Positions 53,696 to 64,000 of a DNA stretch of 64,000 bases are shown piece after piece. The stretch lies in contig NW_021833698.1 in the NCBI RefSeq assembly GCF_006345805.1, positions 1-64,000 on the forward strand, read 5' to 3'. This DNA is from Octopus sinensis. Its lineage: Eukaryota. Position 1 is the first letter of the stretch. Each line of letters starts with the position of its first letter. Made by a program: the position numbers and the translations under genes. Below the pieces are notes generated by a model, which had not been told where the DNA came from, made no database searches, and saw only the letters and a list, made by a program, of their open reading frames with translations.

Positions 53696-55014
53696 AACTG
53701 ATGTGAATTCTTATTTTTTTACAGAAATTTCAATTTTTTTAACAGTGCAATTCTAAATAAATTCAGTTAATATAGTGTGGGAGGATTTCGAATTCAGGAC
53801 GCAAATATCCAGAGCAAAAACCATAAGGCACCTGGTCCGACGTGCTGACAATTCCACCAAATCATTAACATGGCCAAGGTTTGATCGCCTTTAATCGTAT
53901 GATTGCTCGCTCAGGGCTGATTGAGGTGACACAAAAATATGGTAGAATATGATTACAATAAACAGCTACATCTCAACATTGAAGGCAAAGAAGACATTTG
54001 GCTAAATGAGTATATTTATTGACCAGCATGGCCGTGTTTCTTATAGTATGAATGTTCTGTAGAAATGAAAATACAGAAGAGAAGGTGGAGGTCTTGTAGA
54101 CGGTGTAGAACGGTAGGTATTGATTTTCATTCGGTACAGAGAAAAACTGATAAAACACCCTGAAAAAATTATATCAATATGGAAATGTGTGTGTGTGTGT
54201 GTTTGTGTGTGCGTGTGTGTGTGTTTGTGTGTGTGTATGTATGTGCGTGTGTATGTGACTCTGTGTATGTGTCTGTAAATATATGCGTGTATATATACTC
54301 ACACACAAATATATATATATTCATATATATATATGTTCATATTCAACTATGGGCACACATACATACACACACACGCACACATCTGTACGCAGACATATAT
54401 ATGCATTATACATTTATGTATATATGTATACATTTATCTCTTTATATATATAGATGTGTGTGTGTTTGTGTATACATACATACATGCATATATATATGTG
54501 TGTGTGTATGTATGTAAGTAATTATAGAGAGAGACAGAGAAATAGAGGGTAAGAGAATGTAATACGCTTGTATGTGTACGCATATATCTGTGTGTGCGTG
54601 GGCATATATGTGAATATGTGTTCATGTAAACGCATATAAATATATATACAAGTTGAAGGAAGTTCTTGAAAGAACCAAGCTATATCATCGTAAAACAGTT
54701 CAAAGGAATTGTTAAAAGAACACAGTTATCACATGAAAATAGAAGTTTAATACATTCGTTAATTAAACTTAACACCAATGATTACATAAATAAATTAGAG
54801 AACAATTTTCACTGACAGAATCTCCTATTTCTTCTAGTTTATGAAACAAAAAAAAAAAAAAGAAGAAAAAATTGACCCTTCAACAAAGCAGGAAGAAGAT
54901 AAAATATAATAAAACAAATTCCCAAGCGAAACAATTTCCTTAATTGTTTTCTTGCTGTAATGAGTTTAGCTCCCGATGCACCAACTAGAGTTTTGAAACG
55001 AGAACATAATGGTA

Positions 55015-55816
55015 CTTTACATGTTTCAGTCAATAGACTGAGGCCAGTCTGGGGTACCGCCTTGTTTTAGTCAAATGAATCGAACCGAGTACTTGTTGTT
55101 TTGGTATTTCTTTTTTTATTTTTTTTTTGTTTGTTATGCCTGGTATTCATTCTATCGTTCAATTTGTTGAACCGCTAGGTTACGGGAGGTAAACACAGCA
55201 ACTCCAGTTATCAAGCGGTAAGGGTTGAGAGACGAACACAGACACAATCACAAACACAGGTACATATACACACTATATATATATATAATATAATTCGAGA
55301 CAAAACCACTATTTTAAAACCAAACAAGGAAAGACTTAATCAATACATAAAATTTTATTGGTTTTAAAATAGTGGTTTTGTCTCGAATTATATTATATAA
55401 TATTTACTATAAAATTGGATTTAACCCTAAATCTGATTTTTCCCTGTAATTTTTTGGATTCATCTCCCTAATATTTATTATATATATATATATATATATT
55501 ATATATAATATATATATATCATAGGGTGGGCTTCTTCAGTTTCCGTTTACCAAATCCACTTACAAGGCTTTGGTCGGTCCGAGACTACAGCAGAATACAA
55601 TGGCCCAAGATGCTACACAAATGGACTGTACAGTTGCCTAATTGTCCAATGGGACTTGGTTCCTAGTCACTGAGTGGTTGAGAATCAAGCTTCTTAGCCC
55701 TTAGCCACAAACACACATATACAGACATATGCTCAAATACATCGGCACAAATACATGCTTCGTTTTTTATCTTTTCTTTGTTTCATACATATGCAGTGTA
55801 TGGTGTGTGTGTGTGT

Positions 55817-55851
<35 letters not shown>

Positions 55852-56030
55852 ATGTATGTATGTATGTATGTATGTATGCATGCATGTATGTGTATGTATA
55901 TGTTTGTGTGTCTGTGTAACTTAGCGGTTCGGCAAAAGAGGCCGATGGAATAAGTCCTGGGGTCGAATTTCTCGACTAAAGGCAGTACTCCAGTATGGCC
56001 GCAGTCAAGTGACTAAAACAGTAAAAGAAT
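55015..56030. mobile_element. Cluster of SINE family B fragments (minus tail ~55015-55260, minus head ~55525-55700, plus tail ~55905-56030)
   Basis: Family B diagnostic motifs in each segment. Confidence 0.75.
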
Positions 56031-56170
56031 AAAAATATGTATACATATATATATAAGTGTTGTGGTTGTATGGATTTATATAATTATACATATATATATA
56101 TATATAATATATATAAATATATATATATATAATAAATATATATATATAAATATATATTATATATAAATAT

Positions 56171-56205
<35 letters not shown>

Positions 56206-57304
56206 AATAATATATATAATATTTTTTTTATTTTATCTAGTTTCAGCTCACGAGCTGTGGCCATGCTGGGGCACCGCCATTTGGTGTTGCTACATGATTT
56301 TACTTCACGAATGCTTTTTAGCATATATATATATATACATAACAAACTAAAGAAAAAATATCTTTCCAATTCACTGGTATGTCAGTTGAATACCATATAA
56401 GTATTGGTATAATGCAAATACAAAGATAAATTAGAGAGATAGTATTGAGAATCTGGTTGCCCTTAAAAAATTAGTAAATTTGATTTCCATTACTACAGCC
56501 CAAATATATATCTACGGGGTGCTTTGTTTATCGCATTTACCGCCTTAAGTCTATATTAATGTTTATTACAGAATTCTCTCTACGATAAATTAAGTAAGCA
56601 AGGAAACAGAATTTTTATTAGGTTTCTATTCTTATCTACTCCGGAATTATCCCTCCGAGAAAACAATAGATATAGAATATTATCATTAGTTAATTTAAGC
56701 AATAATTTTTTTATTTATATTAATTAATTTAAATAATTAGAAGCGTTGTTGCATTGAAGATGTAATTGTGTATATATTTTTTGTTGCAGTTTTACATAGG
56801 GGAAGATTTAGATAATTATGTACATATATATATATATATACACACCTATCTTATTGTTGTATGTTGTGGGGGCGAGGAACTATCTTGGACATGAAAGGGT
56901 TTCGATTGGTATGTATTTGAGATGTAATCATGGGAATTTCAATGGTTGTAGATTGCACTTTCTTGGTTGTATCGTCCGTTAGATTATTTTTGTTGGTTTT
57001 TTTTGTTTTGCTTTTTTTGTTTTGTAATTGATGTATGATTGAATAGCTAACGTTCAAGCTCAAAATACATAGGCATTTGAATTAATTTTTATGATCCAGC
57101 CGTCGTCTCACGGAATTTCGTCTATCCTTAAACCATGACCATGAAGTTACTTATATATAAGAGAACTGTTATTGTGTATGTGTATCAGTTATTCTAACAA
57201 AAACCGTTAGAATAACTTCAACATCTAAATTTATTTTGGCAAATTAAATTTAAGTGTTGAAGTGAATCTAACGGTTTTTGTGCGTTTTTAAATGGCTTAT
57301 AATG

Positions 57305-57475
57305 ACCGGGTAGTTAATTGTGTTCTTGAGCAAATCACTTAATCGAACGTTATTCTGCGTTCACTTCAATACCTGACGAGTGGCGCACCGTGCACCTTTT
57401 CAAGCAACGTCAATTTGCTGGAGGGAGCAAACTAATGTTCAGCACAAACATTTGATCACTATAAAAAAAATCACG
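57305..57475 (+). mobile_element. CORE-like SINE 3' fragment
   Basis: 'gtgttcttgagcaaatcactt...gttcagcacaaacatttgatcacta'. Confidence 0.5.
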
Positions 57476-57584
57476 TGTGCAGATTGATCAGTTAGAAATT
57501 GCAGAACCGTCTTTCTGGGACTACAAGAGACTGCAATATAATATAATATTATATATATATAGCCATGCATACATACAGAAGTGT

Positions 57585-57622
<38 letters not shown>

Positions 57623-57949
57623 CGGAATAATTTTCTTTGATCATTTAAGTAATACACCCAGCTGGATTTTTATATATTCTGATGCTTTGTATTGATTTTG
57701 TTCTCCCTAAATAAGTTATTCAAATTCACCAAACTTCTTTTATGCAGTGAATAACACAATGAGTAAACAACTTCATCTGTTTTGTTACTTATTTGTTTGT
57801 TTGTTCGTTTGTTTGTTTGTTTGTTTGATATGCTTATTTTATGTACTTAAACGATTTCGTAAATGAAGTTCGTGAATTTAAGTATGGTTGTATGGTTGTA
57901 TGCCGTAGGGAGGGGAGCGATCTGACGTTTGAGAATCTCCTTTCACCTA

Positions 57950-57985
57950 CGAGAGAGAGAGAGAGAGAGAGAAAGAAAGAAAGAG

Positions 57986-58056
<71 letters not shown>

Positions 58057-58150
58057 AAAGTAGTGAAATATTTATATATAGAGAGAGAAAAAAAAGGAGA
58101 AGGACAGAGAGAGAGAGAGAGAGAAACAGAGACAGAAACAGAGACAGAGT
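57950..58150. repeat. (GA)n-(AAAG)n-(GAGACA)n microsatellite
   Basis: Direct inspection; explains the KERK ORF. Confidence 0.95.
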
Positions 58151-58562
58151 TGATTGGTTTCCGTTTCTTTTCACGGAACATTCTGGCAATCATCGACCAC
58201 CATTTTTTTTCCGAATTCTATTTACCTGTTTCATAAATATATTTCAATACTAAATTATTTTCAGACGCTTCTTTTAATCCATCAAAAATGCATATAGGTC
58301 ATGAATATGTTTACACTACGCGTGTAGTCAATAATTTACGTTGCAGAAGGTTTTTATTGTCTTGTTTACTCGTGAGTAAGGAGTCAACATGTTCACCCTT
58401 CAAGTTCTATGGATAGGTTTTCTAACGGGACATCGCATTAAGTCGTTTGTAACCTTCGAGAGTTTCAGCTTCTTGGTATAATTAGTTACATTGATGGAAC
58501 CGTAACTGCTGTGTGATTGAATTCATTCTAGAATATGGTAGCATCATTATTCCTGCCTTCAA

Positions 58563-59150
58563 GGCGGCGAGCTGGCAGAAACGTTAGCACGCCGGGCGAA
58601 ATACTTAGCGGTATTTCGTCTGCCGTTACGCAGTGAGTTCAAATTCCGCCGAGGTCGACTTTGCCTTTCATCCTTTCGGGGTCGATAAATTAAGTACCAG
58701 TTACGCACTGGGGTCGATGTAATCGACTTAATCCCTTTGTCTGTCCTTGTTTGTCCACTCTATGTTTAGCCCCTTATTGGTAGTAAAGAAATAGGTATTT
58801 CGTCTGCCGTTACGTTCTGAGTTCAAATTCTGCCGAGGTCAACTTTGCCTTTCATTCTTTCGGGGTCGATAAATTAAGTACCAGTTATGCACTGGGGTCA
58901 ATATAATCGACTTAATCCCTTTGTCTGTCCTTGTTTGTCCCCCTCTGTGTTTAGCCCCTTGTGGGCAATAAAGTAATAAGAAATGCTTAGCGGTATTTCG
59001 TCTGTCTTTACATTCCGAGTTCAAATTCCGCTGAGGTCGACTTTGATTTTCATCCTTTCGGGCTCGATAAATTAAGTACCAGTTGCGTACTGGGGTTGAT
59101 ATAATCAGCTGGCACCCTCCCCCAAATTTTAGGCCTTTTGCCTATATTAG
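58563..59150 (+). mobile_element. SINE family A, tandem trimer
   Basis: Full head at 58563; unit 2 starts at 'aagaaatag|gtatttcgtctgccg' (~58794); unit 3 starts at 'aagaaat|gcttagcgg' (~58984). Confidence 0.92.
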
Positions 59151-59624
59151 AAAGGATTATTCTTGTCTTTCTTCCAGGAATGGTGTTTTGCGTTTCATGT
59201 AGTTCTCGTTATACTTTATATACAGGAAAATGCTGGGACAGTCACAACAGCAATGTAATTGGTTACAGACTAACATGATGGAAATTCATCTACGGCTGTG
59301 GTTCTTAGCCGGGGTTCATCACCCTTGAGATCCACATAAGATTTTTGTTGCTAAAATTAATGCGAAATAAACTGATTATATATGTGCAATGCAGAAAATA
59401 TTTTAACAACATTTTAATACAATTCCTATTAATATTTAATTGCAAAAAATATAATATAATATAATGTGTGTGTGTGTGTGTAAATATACATATGCATTCT
59501 TCTGACGTGCCTTAGATATGCAAGAAGTATTGTACGATAACAGGCCATGGAAACCGAGAGAAGCCAAACAACAGCAGAAATATTCCTTCCTTATTTGGCT
59601 TAATGAGAGCAATTTTGAGGGGTA

Positions 59625-59983
59625 CGGCAGTCGATGTCATCGACACTTGTGATCAAAGGTACTAATTTTATCGACTCCGAAAGGATGAAAGGCAAAGTCG
59701 ACCTCGGCGGAATTTGAACTCAGAACGTAGCGGCAGACGAAATACCTATTTCTATTTCTTTACTACTCACAAGGGGCTAAACACAGAGAGGACAAACAAG
59801 GAGAGACAAACGGATTAAGTCGATTATATCGACCCCAGTGCATAACTGGTACTTAATTTATAGACTCCGTATGGATGAAAGGCAAAGTCGACCTCGGCGG
59901 AATTTGAACTCAGAACGTAGCGGCAGACGAAATACCGCTAAGCATTTCGCCCGGCGTGCTAACGATTCTGCCAGCTCGCCACC
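59625..59983 (-). mobile_element. SINE family A, dimer
   Basis: Two units joined at 'aatacctatttctatttctttactac' (~59745). Confidence 0.9.
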
Positions 59984-60633
59984 TTAACAGCAGCAGGTAT
60001 AATGAAATCATAGGCAGTCTCCGCGTGTTTTTTCGATTTGAAAGAAATATAGCCTTTAATGTATATCTCGCCGTCGTAAAAAGAAAGAATTAGCCAGTCA
60101 TTGAATAATATAATCCTATACACACGAGACTGTCACAATTGGAACGCCTTCGACTAAGCTGTTCTGAGGTTAAACCGCACCAAAACAATCTAAAGATCGC
60201 CAGTTTATTTTTGATTATCGTAAGACACACCAACGAAAATTATCTTCAACAGAAATTGGTTGGGCAAAACGATATCATATATTTTGAACAAGAAAACAGG
60301 CCGTAATCTGCGCATGAATTTCAACAAGTAGTTCTAATAATGAGAGAAGAACATTCCATATTTGTAACGTTTGAAGATTAGAATTGAATTGAAAATATAA
60401 TTTGGTAATAAGAAAATAAACGAGAAAATAATTAAAAGTAAATTGAAGTCATATTTTTAACATGACTTTGTGGTAAGCAATAGCTGCTTCCAATTTAAAC
60501 ATATATACTCAAATAGTTATGTATATTTAAATAGATATACATATACACATACACACACAAATATATATATGTGTGTATATGTATGTAATTATGTATGTAC
60601 GATTGTATGTATATACATATATATATATGTGTG

Positions 60634-60664
<31 letters not shown>

Positions 60665-61489
60665 GTATATGTATATGTATATGTATGTATGTGTATATAT
60701 ATATATTCATATATATATATATATATATATGTAAATATATATTCATATATAGATACATATCTATATATACATATACATATATACATATATAAATATATAT
60801 GTATATATACATATGAATATATATATTTATATATGTATGTATATATATATATATATACACACATATGTATGTGTGTGTATGTGTGCGTTAAGCGTGCATG
60901 CGCATATAAAACACAAACATTTACGCACATATATGCGCACCAGCATAAAAACGCTAATACGTTTACACGTACATGTGCTAAACCATACACACACACACAC
61001 ACAACCACACACACACACACACATATGCAAACATGCACGTAAATTCAGGAGAATGCACGAGCGCGTGAGGAGTGCGTGCGTAAGTATGCGTCTGTACGGT
61101 GTATTTGTACGAGAGCTTTCGCTGAAAGCTGCCATGTTTTCGGTATAATGGAGTAATATGACGTGGTTTGGCTTTCAGGGACTTTCATAATGATCCATTC
61201 TGGTCGGGCAATTGAAAGACGCTGATGTAAACATCGCACAACTGAAATTAATACATGACAGAAATGAAACTGGATGAATAAGAATCATAGCTTGACAATA
61301 CATCATTCTCATGTCACAGCTACGCACATTCACATGGCGTACACAGAAATATATACAAACACATATACATACAGATGTGAGCCTTCGTATTTACTTCAAA
61401 ATGGAAGTTGTTTTATATGCATGTCAACAACGTTGAATAAAAGATTCAATACAGGAATAAAGACTATTGCTAATATAATATTTATAGCC

Positions 61490-61710
61490 ATTACGGCGGC
61501 GTAATGGAAACATCATTAGCACGCCGAGTAAAATGCTTTGCGGTATTTCGTCCGTCTTTATGATGGCAGTTCAAATTCCGTCGAGATCAACTTTGCCTTT
61601 AGTCCTTTCGGGGGCTGGGGTGGGGGGCAATGAAATAAGCACCAATTGAGCACTGAGGTCGGTCGATATAATCGTAACCCATCCATCGAGATTTCTCGCC
61701 CTGTGTCAAA
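61490..61710 (+). mobile_element. SINE family A, degraded
   Basis: 'ggcggcgtaatgg..cattagcacgccgagtaaaatgctttgcggtatttcgtcc..gttcaaattccgtcgagatcaactttgccttt'. Confidence 0.75.
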
Positions 61711-62106
61711 ATTTAAAACCAATATATATATATATATATATTATTATATATATATAATATATATATATCTATATATATATAAAGTTAATCCAAACAAGAA
61801 AACACAGAAAAAAAGAGAAAAAAAAGAGAAAAAAACACAGCAACGCAGGACGTGGAACAATTAAAGTATTATTGACGCTCAGGAAAGAAGGAAAGGAAAT
61901 ACTAACTTATATTTATATATAAGACTAACTTTCTCTTTATAAATGTTCTGAAAATTCCGCACGGCCTTCACTTTGTTGTCTCATTTTATTTAACACAAAC
62001 ACACAGACACTCACACACGCACACACACCACACACACACACACACACACAGACACTCACACACGCACACACATAAATTTTCAGGGCATTTATAAAGAGAA
62101 AGTTTG

Positions 62107-62152
62107 TCTTACAGCTGTTTCTGAGATATTAGGGATATCGCTTTATCAGAGA
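62107..62152 (-). ncRNA. Degenerate type I hammerhead fold
   Basis: Minus strand: UCU-CUGAUAA-[..GAUAU-CCCUA-AUAUC..]-GAAAC-AGCU-GUA-AGA; G8A and stem II base mismatch. Confidence 0.5.
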
Positions 62153-62189
62153 AGATGTGAGAGAGTTAAATAGAGGGAAATAGTAGAGT

Positions 62190-62214
<25 letters not shown>

Positions 62215-62220
<6 letters not shown>

Positions 62221-62420
62221 TTTTCTCCCACCATCGCATGACAACCGATGTTGTCGTCGTGTTTACGTGCCCATAACGTAGCGGTTCGATAAAAAAGACC
62301 GATATAATAAGTACTAGGCTTACAAAGAATATGTCCTGGGCTCGATTTCTTCGACTAAAGGCGGTGCTCCAGCATGTCCGCAGTCAAATGATTGAAACAA
62401 GCAAAGATGTAAAAGAGAGA
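62215..62420 (+). mobile_element. SINE family B tail
   Basis: 'ccaccatcgcatgacaaccgatg...ctaaaggcggtgctccagcatg'. Confidence 0.85.
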
Positions 62421-62879
62421 GTAACTATATGCTACTTAAGACCACGAAATCACAGCCAATAAATCTCATATATAGAGTCGTAGCCAGTAGTTTGGCACAT
62501 ATTTCCATATAAGTGATGTACAAGCCTCTATTTATTGAAAGTAAGTAATTTAGTCTAGAACTATATTTTTGATTTTGCCTTTTTTCTTCTAGTTATTGAA
62601 CCATTGGTTCAGATATTAGGTACCGTATATGATGGCCTAAAAGACGCAATTTTTTTTATTATCCAACAATGTCTTTAAAAATCTTTCGCGTCCTATGCAC
62701 TCAATGTAGGCTCAAAACGGTATGTATATTTACAAAACGTGTGCTACCATCTATTGGTGAACAATCGCCTACGGTATGTTTATATCGAATGTGGATGCAA
62801 TATTGCTTATGATTACCTGTAATAACATAAAGTTATACAGGTAAATGGAGGAATTAAAACATTATTTTAGTGGTAATTT

Positions 62880-63535
62880 ATTATACTAAACTATAGCCTA
62901 GGTTAGGTGTTCTCGTTTTCTTCAGCTTTATGTTAACATCTGCTGGGCAGCTAATTTCCACAACTTTGCAGTTTCTCTTCTCTATTCCAAATCATTATAT
63001 CAGGTCTGTTGTGCATACATTTTATTGAGGTCTTCACTTGTACATTCCACCAGTATTCCTTTTTATTATGAGTGGCTATTGCTTCTACCATATTGAATGT
63101 TCTCATTTCTTGTCCTCGGGATTAATTTTCCGACGGATTTCATTATAAAGTGTCCTAGTTACAACATCATGTCTCATCGGTTGATAATACCGTGATGACA
63201 TTTTCAGACAACTGCTTATAATGTGAGTGATATCTAATGTGTGAAATCCACAAAGTCTGCATCAGTTCTCCCATGTTGCTGCCTTATCTGCATCTCTGTC
63301 CCTTTAGTGATATTTCCTGTTCCTAGATTGCAAATGCATACCCTATAAGGTAGGAGGTAGTAATCCGGCTATTGGTCCATGATAAACTGCTTTGATGATC
63401 GCTGTTACTATCGTCATGAAGTTTTCTAACATATCCTTGCACGGTGTTCCGTTCATATAGGCTCATCCTCTCATCTGATGTTATGTTGCGGTAGAGTCGT
63501 GCGACTTCTTTGGGCATGTATTCTAGGTTATCGGA
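62880..63535 (-). mobile_element. R4/Dong-like non-LTR retrotransposon 3' fragment (CCHC knuckle + restriction-like endonuclease)
   Basis: Minus translation: GYAFAI*EQEI.., CRLCGFHTLDITHIISSCLKMSSRYYQPMRHDVV, EYWWNVQVKTSI, RPDIMIWNREEK..VVEISCPADVN. Confidence 0.85.
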
Positions 63536-64000
63536 ATAAGAGTATGTATGCAGGTATGTATGTATGTACGTATGCATGTATGGAGGGAGAGAGAGAGATG
63601 ATATCAGCTCTGTAAATGATACCATACGAGGGAGATCTACCTGGTTGATCGCCTTGCAAGAAATAGCAACCAAATCCATCTAAAATTCCACTCTAAGGCA
63701 TCTTAAGATATAACAGGAAGGACATATTAAGATGGCAAGAATAAACTAACAAAATAGACGGGGTGGTCACTTGTCTGTTAGTCTATTCGATAAGGAACGA
63801 TCTACATCTAAGCAACAAAAATATGGTATACTTTTGATGAGAGAAGGATTTAACTGCTTTTTCTAACAGGTCAAGCGACAAGCAACAGGTTCCATTATTA
63901 GCGTATTGTTATTATTATTTTGTCGTTGTTGTAATTTAACCGCTTGTCAGCACTCATTAAACAGACCAACAGTAAAAGACGCTCCATCCATGATCATCAC

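Noticed and set aside
56851-57063. 70-aa minus ORF ending ..PFMSKIVPRPHNIQQ*
   Set aside because: Half of it is A-rich low complexity; no acceptor or recognisable domain.
59178-59277. FCVSCSSRYTLYTGKC as a furin-like repeat exon (and CEPSYLLQNGSC at ~61375-61415)
   Set aside because: Only partial cysteine spacing, no good donor, and quickly closed by stops.

Overview
AT-rich, microsatellite-saturated eukaryotic DNA with no bacterial features. The SINE families look cephalopod (Octopus-like); this is recognition from memory, not a database result. Nearly all ORFs in the supplied track are microsatellite translations. Content: (1) a near-complete Penelope-like retroelement (PLE; RT + Cys linker + GIY-YIG) on the minus strand at ~3.3-9.0 kb with ~1-kb direct terminal repeats and many single-base frameshifts; (2) three more PLE remnants; (3) dozens of tRNA-derived SINE copies from at least four families; (4) RTE-like LINE remnants, an R4/Dong-like REL-endonuclease fragment, mariner/Tc1 derivatives, a MITE and Helentron/HINE-like pieces; (5) two long inverted repeats; (6) one well-bounded candidate host exon (38425-38533, minus) of unknown identity. 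The most interesting signal is a set of minimal type I hammerhead-ribozyme folds in short (TA)n-flanked or PLE-derived elements. One has a fully canonical core with a ~60-nt loop 2 (18732-18838). Two copies share an unusual CUGUYGAA core (26554-26589, 46213-46250). Activity is untested. Repeat boundaries were read by eye and are approximate.
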